64,000 nt of DNA, from sequence record MZ443783.1; one strand, given 5' to 3'. The position numbers and the translations under genes are program-made. Positions 17,549 to 27,078 of the stretch are shown here, in pieces. The notes beneath the pieces were generated by a model. The model was given only the letters and a program-made list of their open reading frames with translations, was not told the DNA's origin and did no database searches. How positions within the stretch are numbered: position 1 is the first letter of the stretch; every line of letters begins with the position of its first letter.

Positions 17549-17950
17549 ATGGAAAAGACGTACATGACACATTGGGGATCGCGCTACGTGCGGTCCTCCT
17601 CCGGCAAGTGGTATTCAGTTCATGGACGTGAAGGTACTTGGGTAACTAACCGCTACGGTACCTCATTCTATCGTAGCGGTTCAGAGGTATGGCGGGACAT
17701 AACTCTTGCCGACCGAGAGTCATTAGAACGCGAATTACTCAAACGCACCCGCAATGACTTCAAGGAAAATAAGCTCAAGTATAACCACTGGGGCAAAGTG
17801 GTGTTGACCATAGCTCGCCAGTCAGAAGATGAAAAGAATGAGCACACGGCAGAACTTGCTGTGATGCTTGAAGCGCTTAGACAGACTTTCTATGGACAGA
17901 AGGTACAGCAACTAAGCACAATTCTGGATGAAATAGCCGTTAAAGACTAA
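17549..17950 (+). CDS. Hypothetical protein
   Basis: Tiles the + strand; 3' end contains the P4 box. Confidence 0.75.
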   Translation: MEKTYMTHWGSRYVRSSSGKWYSVHGREGTWVTNRYGTSFYRSGSEVWRDITLADRESLERELLKRTRNDFKENKLKYNHWGKVVLTIARQSEDEKNEHTAELAVMLEALRQTFYGQKVQQLSTILDEIAVKD

Positions 17951-17968
17951 GCTCGTTTGTGATATAAT
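17910..17968 (+). promoter_or_regulatory. Promoter cassette P4
   Basis: CAACTAAGCA-N7-GGATGAAAT; TG-n-TATAAT at 17963 (37 bp). Confidence 0.85.
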
Positions 17969-18017
17969 AGAGATCAACGCTAGACACTCGTTTAGCTACT
18001 TACATGAGGATATGTAT

Positions 18018-18353
18018 ATGAAAAAGTCAAAAGTTAAAGCAGAAGTTGTTGCACCTACTATCGAAGGTCGTTCATTCACGTTATATAACGCCTCGCCTGT
18101 TCCCGAATTGTCCGTAACACCGTTTGCAGGCCGTGATGCGTTTTTACCTCTACTGCGTAAAGTTCAGGATGCTGCTCAACTGGAGCGTATTCGTGGTATG
18201 TCCTGTTGTCCGTACTGCCGTGAAACAATGATGTTAGGCGAGTACACCAAAGACAACTGGCTGTGGTCATATTCATATCAGCACATGATCGAACACCACA
18301 ACGTAACGCCGTCCGCAGAATTTATTGCATACGTCGAAGCCGCTTCTAAATAA
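18018..18353 (+). CDS. Hypothetical protein (CCPYC...HMIEHH, possible metal binding)
   Basis: First gene after P4. Confidence 0.8.
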   Translation: MKKSKVKAEVVAPTIEGRSFTLYNASPVPELSVTPFAGRDAFLPLLRKVQDAAQLERIRGMSCCPYCRETMMLGEYTKDNWLWSYSYQHMIEHHNVTPSAEFIAYVEAASK

Positions 18354-18373
18354 TCCGAACTGCACCAGAGGAC

Positions 18374-19900
18374 ATGAACATGAAAAAGATTAAACACACT
18401 TTCCGCCTGACCGATTTGGTACACATCGCAAAACTTCCTGCAGGTATGTCCAAATTCCACGAAGGCTCGGATGCTATTGTTGTCGGCCGCAACGAAGATA
18501 GCGACCAATATATTCTGCACGTTAAAAACGTTGGTGAGCTTTCGTGGTACGAAGGTAAATCACTGACGTTGATCAGTCACAACAACGGCGAACTGCTTGA
18601 CCAGTGGGAAGCAGGTGACTACGGTCGTGATAAGAAAAAGAAACGCAAGATCCCAAAAGAACTGCGTAACTTCACGGCTATCTTGCCTGTGACCTGCAAC
18701 GCCGATTGTTCGTTCTGCCCTGAGAAAGAAATGGAGCAGAAAGCCAACCAGAAAGAATGGCAAGATGGTTTGATTGCAGAGATCAAACGCATGTACAAGA
18801 AAACGAAGTTCGACCACGTATCAATCAGCGGCGGCGAACCGACGTTGCGTACAAAGTTCCTGTTCGAAACGATCGACCGTATTCAGAAAGAAACGCCGAT
18901 CAAGAAAGTCGGTCTGACTTCTAACGGTCAGTTCCTTGAGAAACCAAACAGTACGTTCGACTTCTTAGACCGTAACACTACGCCTGAGATGACCAGCAAG
19001 CTGTCGCATCTGAATATCAGTATGCACTCGTTCAACCGCGACCTTGCGAACAAGATCATGGGCGTGAACTACAAACAGACTCTGGAAGATTTAGTTCGCT
19101 TCCGCCGTCAGCTCGGCCGTGACGTTAGCTTCCACATTAACTTCGTGATCAATGACCAGACTGGTTCGATTACGGAAGAGTTCAAGAGGGCCGCAAACTT
19201 CATGCGCGCCAATCCATTTATCGACGTTGTGTTCCGTGTTGATTACAACGACGTTGAACTGTCGAAAGCTCTGCGTGACTACGCTATGGAATATGAAGCG
19301 TGGCAGGAAGCAAGTCGCATCGCTGTGGCTACTCGCAAGAAGTGCAAAGTGAAAGAGCCTCGCGCACCTCACATTGTTCAGAAGTTTGATCGCTTCTTCG
19401 GCGGCCAGAATCTCGATGACGTTGAAAGCGCTTGGACTACAGGTTGCCCGTCGTGCTTCACTCATGCGTCGAACGTTGTCAATAACAGTCGCGCATATTT
19501 GAAAGCGTCTTCCTACGAACCTAATGAAGACGAAGCGGAGTACACTGAGCTGGTGTATCACATGGACGGCGCTCTGTATTGGGACTGGACTCGTAATGAC
19601 CCTGTACCAGCTCCGCGTAGCAAGCGTTTTGACTTCGAGATGAAAGAAGAAGAAGACAAGGCGTGGGAACATGGTTCTGTGGCCGAAGCGATTAACGCCA
19701 ATCGTTGTTCATTTGGACCTGCTGCACCGCATCACTGCTCTTACGATTCTACTGGCACAACGGTCGCACCGAAAGCTGCGAAGAAACCTAAGAAAGTGAC
19801 ACCCGCCAAGAAAACGAAGAAGGTGGGTGGAAAAGTTTCGAGCGTTCCTGGTGCTGCTCCTGGTGTTTGCGGCTACGGCAATAGTCGTTGTGGTTATTAA
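18374..19900 (+). CDS. Radical SAM enzyme with extra N-terminal domain and Cys-repeat basic tail
   Basis: CNADCSFC (CxxxCxxC), SISGGEPTL, LTSNG, LNISMHS. Confidence 0.9.
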   Translation: MNMKKIKHTFRLTDLVHIAKLPAGMSKFHEGSDAIVVGRNEDSDQYILHVKNVGELSWYEGKSLTLISHNNGELLDQWEAGDYGRDKKKKRKIPKELRNFTAILPVTCNADCSFCPEKEMEQKANQKEWQDGLIAEIKRMYKKTKFDHVSISGGEPTLRTKFLFETIDRIQKETPIKKVGLTSNGQFLEKPNSTFDFLDRNTTPEMTSKLSHLNISMHSFNRDLANKIMGVNYKQTLEDLVRFRRQLGRDVSFHINFVINDQTGSITEEFKRAANFMRANPFIDVVFRVDYNDVELSKALRDYAMEYEAWQEASRIAVATRKKCKVKEPRAPHIVQKFDRFFGGQNLDDVESAWTTGCPSCFTHASNVVNNSRAYLKASSYEPNEDEAEYTELVYHMDGALYWDWTRNDPVPAPRSKRFDFEMKEEEDKAWEHGSVAEAINANRCSFGPAAPHHCSYDSTGTTVAPKAAKKPKKVTPAKKTKKVGGKVSSVPGAAPGVCGYGNSRCGY

Positions 19901-19912
19901 GAGGAAAATGAA

Positions 19913-20275
19913 ATGAATGAACGTCGCAACTATTACTACGACAGTCCGTTCTACTACGGACTGATCACTTGGCGCAAACGCCTATTCATCGTCGTGGCCT
20001 TCTTTGTCTTCATCGTAATGTTTCATGCAGACAAACCTCCAGTCGTACACAATCAGTGGACGATAACTGCCATTATCTTTGGCCTGATGTTTGCTTTCTG
20101 TTATATAAGAATGCGTTTCTATGAAACGTATCTACTGGAGGCGATGGGTCCATTAGACAACAACACGGTTATCGGTAGTCTATCCTTCGAAGGACTTGAG
20201 CGCCGTCACGAACTCTGGTACGAAAAGAAGTTCGGACACAAACCACCTAAGACTAACACACGGAGCATCGACTAA
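19913..20275 (+). CDS. Putative two-TM membrane protein
   Basis: Two hydrophobic stretches; AGAGGA RBS. Confidence 0.75.
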   Translation: MNERRNYYYDSPFYYGLITWRKRLFIVVAFFVFIVMFHADKPPVVHNQWTITAIIFGLMFAFCYIRMRFYETYLLEAMGPLDNNTVIGSLSFEGLERRHELWYEKKFGHKPPKTNTRSID

Positions 20276-20652
20276 TGGCACTCATGTTTACTGAGAAGCA
20301 TCGCAAACAATTCGGACGTGACAGCAAAGACCCGCAGTATCATGGAGATGCGTGTGAGGCAGTCTACACTCACGGCATGGAGTTGTTGCGTGAGTACAAA
20401 CGTCTGGCGTTGCTCATCGGCGCGAAGCGTAGGACGCGCATTGATAAAGGTGCGCCTATAACCAAGTGCTTCCGCAAGCAGTGGATTGAAGACAAGAAGT
20501 TGGCGAACGAAGACACGCGACCTATCGCCGTGTTGATTGTTCGCTTTAAAGAAGTAGCTGTGTTATTGAAACTGGCGCGTATGAACTATACCGACCTACA
20601 TACTCGTCGTCACGGCTTTACTCGTCCTAGCTACTTCCACTGGAGAGACTAA
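20275..20652 (+). CDS. Hypothetical protein
   Basis: TAATG coupling. Confidence 0.75.
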   Translation: MALMFTEKHRKQFGRDSKDPQYHGDACEAVYTHGMELLREYKRLALLIGAKRRTRIDKGAPITKCFRKQWIEDKKLANEDTRPIAVLIVRFKEVAVLLKLARMNYTDLHTRRHGFTRPSYFHWRD

Positions 20653-20653
20653 C

Positions 20654-21226
20654 ATGGAAAAGAAGTTCTGCAAACTGGCACACATCGGTGCTGACGTGAT
20701 TATGCCTGCTATCCTGTACGCATTGAACGAAAAGATGCAGGCAGGCGTCAAAGTAGATCTGGCCGAAGCGTATACGTTGTTGAACGACACACAGGCTGTG
20801 TATCTTACTCAGGCAAGCGGTCAGCCTGATCGCTATTACGATCAACTCACGCCAACCATTCGAGCGCTTCTGGCGAAGTATGAAATAGAGTGGGCACTCG
20901 ACCACGTTGCGCTTACTAAATACTGTCAATCGTATATGGAGAGCAAAGGCTTCACTCCTGTTGAAGACGGTGTGTACTCATATCCAGAAGTTGTTGCGTA
21001 TAACAATTACGACCGCGTGTTCCTACGTTCGTTGATTGGTGTTGCAGACTACAATCTGCTGGAAGCTGCAATCCAGGAAGAGATGGACGTTGTGGCCGAG
21101 ATGGACGAGATTGATAAGAAACTCGACCGTGTAGAAGATGGCTGTTGTTCTGAATGCGGCAAAGAACTTGAACCCGATATTGAAGGTCCGTTCATGTGCC
21201 TAGAATGTGACGATGACGGAGAATAA
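20654..21226 (+). CDS. Hypothetical protein with C-terminal C4 zinc ribbon
   Basis: CSEC...CLEC. Confidence 0.8.
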   Translation: MEKKFCKLAHIGADVIMPAILYALNEKMQAGVKVDLAEAYTLLNDTQAVYLTQASGQPDRYYDQLTPTIRALLAKYEIEWALDHVALTKYCQSYMESKGFTPVEDGVYSYPEVVAYNNYDRVFLRSLIGVADYNLLEAAIQEEMDVVAEMDEIDKKLDRVEDGCCSECGKELEPDIEGPFMCLECDDDGE

Positions 21227-21228
21227 AA

Positions 21229-21492
21229 ATGGCTGTAGGCTTTGTAAAAGATGATGGCGTTAATGACACCATCGAAGCTAACCTGAATAACGAGATTGAT
21301 CGCGCCCGTGCTGAACTGCTAGGCAAAGGCACCACACACTGCATCAACCCTGACTGTGGCGCAGAGATTCCGTTGATGCGCCGTGTCGCTATGCCGAATG
21401 CTCGTTACTGTGTGGCCTGTCAATCAAGCCACGATGGTTCGGCTGTTAGCCACTACAATCGTCGCGGCTCAAAAGATTCTCAACTGAGGTAG
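21229..21492 (+). CDS. ybiI: DksA/TraR-family C4 zinc finger, YbiI-like
   Basis: CINPDC..EIPLMRR.AMP..YCVAC and C-terminal YNRRGSKDSQLR, as in enterobacterial YbiI. Confidence 0.9.
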   Translation: MAVGFVKDDGVNDTIEANLNNEIDRARAELLGKGTTHCINPDCGAEIPLMRRVAMPNARYCVACQSSHDGSAVSHYNRRGSKDSQLR

Positions 21493-21494
21493 TT

Positions 21495-21719
21495 ATGAAT
21501 ATTAAAGCTAACCCTGAAGTGACATACATGCTTGAAGGCTTCTTCCCTGATAGAAACATCTGGGTGATCATTCATTCAGATCTTAAAGAAAAGGTTGATA
21601 TCTCTGAGTTGTTAGATCAGTTGAAGATTGACCCGAAGTGTCCACGTAGTCCTGCCACTGCGTTTCGTATGGTGCAGGTAACACGCGACGTTGTTCAATT
21701 CATGGAGGTTGTTAAATGA
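21495..21719 (+). CDS. Hypothetical protein
   Basis: GAGG RBS. Confidence 0.75.
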   Translation: MNIKANPEVTYMLEGFFPDRNIWVIIHSDLKEKVDISELLDQLKIDPKCPRSPATAFRMVQVTRDVVQFMEVVK

Positions 21720-21859
21720 ATGATGAAGAACGTAAAGAACCATACTCACGCTGTACTGACTGCCGTACGCCTCTAGCAGAGGATGAAGTGTACGGCGAGT
21801 GGGATGACCTGTGCGAGAATTGCTGTGCTGACCGTGAAGATGAAGGGGAGTCTACATAA
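21716..21859 (+). CDS. 47-aa acidic zinc-finger-like protein (not in ORF track)
   Basis: GGAGG RBS; MNDEERKEPYSRCTDC..DDLCENCC..EGEST; ATGA and TAATG coupling on both sides. Confidence 0.8.
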   Translation: MNDEERKEPYSRCTDCRTPLAEDEVYGEWDDLCENCCADREDEGEST

Positions 21860-22176
21860 TGCTGCGTAAACTTTGGGTAGCTTTGGGATTCAAATTCCCT
21901 ACTGTGGCCGACGCCATGCGTAAGCGTCAGGCCTGCACACGCGTTGGCTATAAGAGCTACTGCGTTATGAATCGTGCTGGATTCGCAGAAGCATTTACTC
22001 ACCACCTGCATGAGTATCGTGATTCCAGCCCTTCGCTGGCTGTGCTCAATAAACACAAGCATGAAGAAGTAGCGGCCAAGGCACAGCGTATGGACTATCC
22101 GTGCGTTGTTGTTTTTGCTGACGATGGCTTCTCTGCAATTGCAATTGATGCGCCTACCATGGAGCGCCACGTATGA
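21859..22176 (+). CDS. Hypothetical protein
   Basis: Coupled tiling. Confidence 0.75.
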   Translation: MLRKLWVALGFKFPTVADAMRKRQACTRVGYKSYCVMNRAGFAEAFTHHLHEYRDSSPSLAVLNKHKHEEVAAKAQRMDYPCVVVFADDGFSAIAIDAPTMERHV

Positions 22177-22526
22177 AACTCAAAAACACACCACGCTGGC
22201 TGTGGCTGTACGTTAAACAACTCTACTTAATGTGTCTGTTGCTTAAGGATGAATATGACCTTATCCGACTGGAGCATGAGTCAGAAGTTCTTGACGCTCT
22301 GCAAAGATTGACCGAACGGGACATGGCTAATAGCACAGATATAGGTGTACGCGTTCTGTTGTTCTTTAAGGAACACAAGAAACCACGTAGCGCAAAATAT
22401 AACCTGCCTTACTTGTGGCCTAAGCGCGACCTAATTCGTTTGCTCAACCAGAATGGTGTTGCAGTAGGCCCCGTGCCGAACTACTTTGTAGCACTCCATC
22501 AACTCGTCGATAAGGGTTTCAAGTGA
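22173..22526 (+). CDS. Hypothetical protein
   Basis: Coupled tiling. Confidence 0.75.
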   Translation: MKLKNTPRWLWLYVKQLYLMCLLLKDEYDLIRLEHESEVLDALQRLTERDMANSTDIGVRVLLFFKEHKKPRSAKYNLPYLWPKRDLIRLLNQNGVAVGPVPNYFVALHQLVDKGFK

Positions 22527-22861
22527 TGAAGACAGTAATCTGTTCTGTAAATGCTGTACACGGTAAGCGTGTGCTGCCAATCTTCTTTCAAGAGGAAGAA
22601 GAAAAGTTTTATATAGGCAGTGACTTCTGGAAAAGTCTGAACCTGCGCGACGACCTGTTCATTGAACCCCAAACAGAGCAAGTCATCCACAACGACGAGC
22701 GCATGAATCGCACCGAGTTCATTCGTGTCTCTACCGTGCGTGATGTTATTCATGCACTGCATCGTTGTCGCAATTATATCCGCTACTTTGAGTATATCTC
22801 CGACGAGGAAATTGATAGCCTCGCCGAAGCACTCGAACATTGGGAAAAACCAGAGGACTAA
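22523..22861 (+). CDS. Hypothetical protein
   Basis: Coupled tiling. Confidence 0.75.
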   Translation: MMKTVICSVNAVHGKRVLPIFFQEEEEKFYIGSDFWKSLNLRDDLFIEPQTEQVIHNDERMNRTEFIRVSTVRDVIHALHRCRNYIRYFEYISDEEIDSLAEALEHWEKPED

Positions 22862-22863
22862 TC

Positions 22864-23487
22864 ATGAACACCACAATTCAATTTCTCATGGATGAGAACG
22901 AGATAGAAGATGCACTCACTGCCTATCACACTGACCCTACCGATGAAAACAAACGTCGTGTGATTGAAACGATTTTGAGTGAGTCTAAACACGCACCAAA
23001 ACCAGACATTGAACCTGAGGCGCATCGCATTATATTTGTGCCGTCCGTAACTACACTTAGAAGTGAGCCTGCTGTTACGCAATATGCTTCTTTCAGCGGT
23101 GAGATTGACAAGATGCTTATGGCCACTGCTAAATTGGCTAAGCGCGTTGTAGACAAAATTCATGAAGCAGGTAGTTCCGCTGTGTTTGTTCGCTTCGATC
23201 CAGAAGAATGGTATTCTTATCGCATTCCTATTCTTTGGGGATTCTACGATCTGGCGTTAGAAGCGAAAACGCTGGACGGGATTGATTCCTCCATGCGCGA
23301 CCTCATGCGCAAGGTAGGCAATCTGCCTTTCGATGAAGATGTTGAAGCCTTCTACGGAAGAATAAATCGTTATGTGACTGAGGGAGAGCATGAAGGCTGT
23401 TTGCGCTCCATCACTCAAATGGTGGACACTAAGTTCACGCGCAACTTACCTCAAACCGAAACCGAAGAAGAAGGTGAAGAAGAATGA
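22864..23487 (+). CDS. Hypothetical protein
   Basis: AGAGGA RBS. Confidence 0.8.
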   Translation: MNTTIQFLMDENEIEDALTAYHTDPTDENKRRVIETILSESKHAPKPDIEPEAHRIIFVPSVTTLRSEPAVTQYASFSGEIDKMLMATAKLAKRVVDKIHEAGSSAVFVRFDPEEWYSYRIPILWGFYDLALEAKTLDGIDSSMRDLMRKVGNLPFDEDVEAFYGRINRYVTEGEHEGCLRSITQMVDTKFTRNLPQTETEEEGEEE

Positions 23488-23855
23488 TTAGACAAATGCC
23501 AAGACAGATCTCGACCAAAGACTTTAGCTACTCTATTGATGGCTTTGCGGCAAAAGTCAATCTCGAAAACTACACGGCAATCGTTCGTGGTAATTGGCGT
23601 TTGCTTCGTGGTACAGACACAAGCGGTAACTTCACGACCGTACTCATCGGTCCGTATGCAGTGTCGCCTGACCTGACGGGTTATCAGATTCTCGTTGCTG
23701 CTGGTTATCAGCCTGTTGACGCAATGCAAGCGCTTGGTCTTGACCACAATCACCTGCGCACCATGCAGAAAGAACACCGTAAGCGCGTAGCTCAATCGAA
23801 AGCAGCACCGCGCCGTGGCAACACTAATTCACTCGACGATCTCCAGGGGAAGTAA
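23484..23855 (+). CDS. Hypothetical protein
   Basis: Coupled tiling. Confidence 0.75.
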   Translation: MIRQMPRQISTKDFSYSIDGFAAKVNLENYTAIVRGNWRLLRGTDTSGNFTTVLIGPYAVSPDLTGYQILVAAGYQPVDAMQALGLDHNHLRTMQKEHRKRVAQSKAAPRRGNTNSLDDLQGK

Positions 23856-23856
23856 C

Positions 23857-24600
23857 ATGAAACAGTTATTCGTAGGCAGTCACCCAAACACCGTTCGCTT
23901 TTCTGACCTCGACGGTCGTGACCGTATCTGTGAGATTCGTGCCATGATCGCTGACGCGTATCGCATGTTGCGTGATTCTATTGGTGAACAGGCGAAGAAC
24001 GAAACGAATACTTTCCACGGTCCGTGGCTTGTGTTTCGTAATCTCATGAACGATCACCCTGCTGCCTGTCTGGAAGAGTTCCGCCACGCCTCTATCTACT
24101 TCGATGCAGATACCGAAGGTAAGGTGACTGAGATTGCTGACCTGATTGAACAGCACATCGAACTGACTCGCCAATCGATCTGTTTGAAAGGCGCTAATCA
24201 ACATCAGGCCGATGCAATGATTGGCATTGCAAGCACTGGTGGACGAATCGAAACGACTGTTATGCAGGGTCTGGGCAAAACACGCCAGAACAACCCGCAC
24301 CGCACTTTAGCAGAAGACCTGCGTAAGTACCTCAACACGTTCAAAGATCATGATGGTACCTTTGAATTGTGTACGTTGTTGACTAAGCTCTACGGTAAAC
24401 CGTCGTTCGACACGTATGCTGATAGTACGGTAGATGAGATGTTTGACGAAACGTGTCAGGCAATTCAAAGTGCGAATGAGCCTATCGACCAGGTATATGA
24501 TATGGTGTGTCGTGCAATCCTTTCGTTCGGTCTGCCTGCTATGCCCGCAGACAGTGATGACCAGGCGGCTGATGATGAAAACTTTGCTCTCCGCGGTTAA
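23857..24600 (+). CDS. Hypothetical protein
   Basis: AGGGGA RBS before ATG 23857. Confidence 0.8.
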   Translation: MKQLFVGSHPNTVRFSDLDGRDRICEIRAMIADAYRMLRDSIGEQAKNETNTFHGPWLVFRNLMNDHPAACLEEFRHASIYFDADTEGKVTEIADLIEQHIELTRQSICLKGANQHQADAMIGIASTGGRIETTVMQGLGKTRQNNPHRTLAEDLRKYLNTFKDHDGTFELCTLLTKLYGKPSFDTYADSTVDEMFDETCQAIQSANEPIDQVYDMVCRAILSFGLPAMPADSDDQAADDENFALRG

Positions 24601-24778
24601 AATCTATTGGCGTGAAGCGATGATACTGGCTGTGCTTGTGGTCATCGCTGTCGCTCTCCCTTTCTTAGAAGTGCGCAACCCAGTTCTGGTGATGCTTGTT
24701 GCTGTCATCGTTGCTGCGTACTTCATTGCTACTTGGGCATGTAAGCCTGTATACGGATCAGACGATGAAAAAGAATGA
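24575..24778 (+). CDS. Small two-TM membrane protein
   Basis: Two hydrophobic helices. Confidence 0.7.
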   Translation: MKTLLSAVKIYWREAMILAVLVVIAVALPFLEVRNPVLVMLVAVIVAAYFIATWACKPVYGSDDEKE

Positions 24779-25316
24779 AATCAAACTGAGTGCCGCAGAC
24801 ATTGCAGCAGGTATCATCTGCATTAACGAAGCTCTGGCCAAACACGGCCTGTCATGTGCAGAAGGTGATGTTGGTTACGAAACAGTGTACACCGACGATC
24901 ACGGTGAAACACAGGGAGGCTGGTACGCCGAGTTCGATAAGAAGTCCCGCGACAAGCTGCGTGAATCAAAACAGGTGTCATGGCGTAATTGCGGTATGCT
25001 TAGTGGCGACACGATTGATAGCATTCTACGCACAATCGACAGTCTCAAGTTCCGCAACCATGCTAAAGAGCCTACGCCGTTGCAGTTGAAAATGGCGGAG
25101 AATGTTAAGAGCAAGGTCGAAGCAACTAAGGCAGCGCTTGAAGTGTACAACTCGGCAGCGCCTCTTTCTGACTCTGACCTGCGTTTGTGTATCGAGCACT
25201 TCCGTACTCTGGATAAAGCTGCGCAGGCAGACCCGATGCTTGCTCTGTGTAAGCTACATGTAACACTCAATCTCGAAACACTCTTAGGCTACAAAGAAGC
25301 ACGTAAGCGTAAGTAA
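24765..25316 (+). CDS. Hypothetical protein
   Basis: Tiling. Confidence 0.75.
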   Translation: MKKNEIKLSAADIAAGIICINEALAKHGLSCAEGDVGYETVYTDDHGETQGGWYAEFDKKSRDKLRESKQVSWRNCGMLSGDTIDSILRTIDSLKFRNHAKEPTPLQLKMAENVKSKVEATKAALEVYNSAAPLSDSDLRLCIEHFRTLDKAAQADPMLALCKLHVTLNLETLLGYKEARKRK

Positions 25317-25371
25317 CCAATCAGGGAGGTCCTTAGCGGGATCTCCCTATGTCATTTCTGGAGCATTTCTC

Positions 25372-26352
25372 ATGCGTTTTGGTTTCGCCTGCAAATTGCT
25401 TGACGCAAACAACAAACAACCATTCACGAATAAGAGCCTTAGCTATAAACATTTCTCTGCGCTGTCTGCTACTGACCAACATGCAAAACTTCTGGACGTT
25501 GTTACGCACAACCTGACTTCGTTGCTCAACATGATTAAACACGTTGGCCGACTGCGTACAGACCTACGTATGTTTCGAATCACCAGTGAGTTGCTTCCAC
25601 TCTACACTCACCCTAAAGTGTTTCACATGTACATGCGCCATGACGTTGTTACTCTTACTGAGTCGCTACTCGCCTTGTGTGGTGAAGCGGCTCGACGCCA
25701 TGACGTGCGATTATCATTTCACCCAGGTCAGTTCACGGTACTCGCATCTGACCGACCTGATGTTGTCCAGAACTCAATAGCCGAACTTGAGTACCATGCG
25801 TACTGTGCATATCACATGGGATATGGTCGCCGCTTCCAAGACTTCAAAATCAATATTCACCTTAGCGGTAGACTTGGTGCTTCTGGTTTCAGACAAGCGC
25901 ATTCGAAACTTTCTGATCGCTGCCGAAACATGTTGACCGTAGAGAACGACGAAATCACTTCCAGCCTCGAAGATGTTTTGTGTCTGGCAGACATATGCCC
26001 GATTGTCCTCGACATTCATCATCACTGGGTAATGACCAACGAATACATACAACCGACCGACGATCGTGTTCAGCGTGTCATTGATTCTTGGCGCGGCGTA
26101 AGACCAGTAGCGCATTACTCTGTGTCGAAGCCTGAGTTCGTACCGTCGCGCGGACTCCCTGATCAGAACAAGCTGTCCGCTAATCGAATGCAGTTACGTG
26201 CTCATGCTGATTACTACCACAACGAAGACGTAAACGAGTGGGCCACTAGTTTCACTGATTTTGACCTTATGTGTGAGTCAAAAGCGAAAAATAGGGCTAG
26301 ACTGAAACTGGCGTGTTTTAGCGTCAACTCTGCAAATAATTGGACAAAATGA
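25372..26352 (+). CDS. uvsE: UV-damage endonuclease (UVDE/UvsE)
   Basis: RFGFACK, MFRITSELLP, RLSFHPGQFTVLAS, INIH, LTVENDE, IVLDIHHH, HYSVS, AHADY, DLMCESKAK. Confidence 0.95.
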   Translation: MRFGFACKLLDANNKQPFTNKSLSYKHFSALSATDQHAKLLDVVTHNLTSLLNMIKHVGRLRTDLRMFRITSELLPLYTHPKVFHMYMRHDVVTLTESLLALCGEAARRHDVRLSFHPGQFTVLASDRPDVVQNSIAELEYHAYCAYHMGYGRRFQDFKINIHLSGRLGASGFRQAHSKLSDRCRNMLTVENDEITSSLEDVLCLADICPIVLDIHHHWVMTNEYIQPTDDRVQRVIDSWRGVRPVAHYSVSKPEFVPSRGLPDQNKLSANRMQLRAHADYYHNEDVNEWATSFTDFDLMCESKAKNRARLKLACFSVNSANNWTK

Positions 26353-26385
26353 GGCTTGTTTACGAAGGTAGCCCTGTGATACACT
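26326..26385 (+). promoter_or_regulatory. Promoter cassette P5
   Basis: CAACTCTGCA-N7-GGACAAAAT; TTGTTT-N17-TACACT with TG extension (38 bp). Confidence 0.85.
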
Positions 26386-26437
26386 AGATATGAGCGTTAT
26401 CGCTCGTATAACTAGACTGACACAAGGAAATAAGACA

Positions 26438-26740
26438 ATGTTCAATACTACTACCATCGTAAAGAAATCTGGTGCTGCAAACGCTACCAATCATTCGTTC
26501 GGTATTACAGGTATCACGCCAACCAATCGCATCTCCTGCATCTGGCCTGGCGCTCTGGAAGTTCCGGCTGACATTAAACGTTGGTGCCGTGCTAACGAAA
26601 TCATGAATGACCTTGACGCTTACATGCGTGTTCGTTTTAAAGGTCGTCGTGCTGATATCCTGAACTTGGTTGCTCGTCATCTGGCGCCAAACAATCCTGA
26701 ACTGGCTGTGCGTATTCTTGCAACTATCACTGAGGCCTAA
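26438..26740 (+). CDS. Hypothetical protein
   Basis: First gene after P5; AAGGA RBS. Confidence 0.8.
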   Translation: MFNTTTIVKKSGAANATNHSFGITGITPTNRISCIWPGALEVPADIKRWCRANEIMNDLDAYMRVRFKGRRADILNLVARHLAPNNPELAVRILATITEA

Positions 26741-26741
26741 A

Positions 26742-27005
26742 ATGAAAGTCCAATCTATGGAAGCTGTTTACGGTGCTACAAACACCAACACTCCGCTTGT
26801 GGAGAAACGCGGCTTTCGTTCTGTCGAATCGAAGTATGTCGATGGAACGGAGGTTAGATTACAACGGTTGTCGCATGACATACATGAACGTCAGGTGGTG
26901 GGCTACGATCAATTTGGTCGGGCAGTGTACGGAACATATGTACCACCATCTACGTTCGAAGTGCGTGACAGCAAGGAAAGCGAACCGAATAAGACGGCGC
27001 CCTAG
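26742..27005 (+). CDS. Hypothetical protein
   Basis: GAGG RBS. Confidence 0.7.
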   Translation: MKVQSMEAVYGATNTNTPLVEKRGFRSVESKYVDGTEVRLQRLSHDIHERQVVGYDQFGRAVYGTYVPPSTFEVRDSKESEPNKTAP

Positions 27006-27078
27006 CAAGCTCACAACCAGAAGCCATAGAATAACAAACAATAAATTCATGCGCTGACCTATCGTGGGGTGTCTTAAA

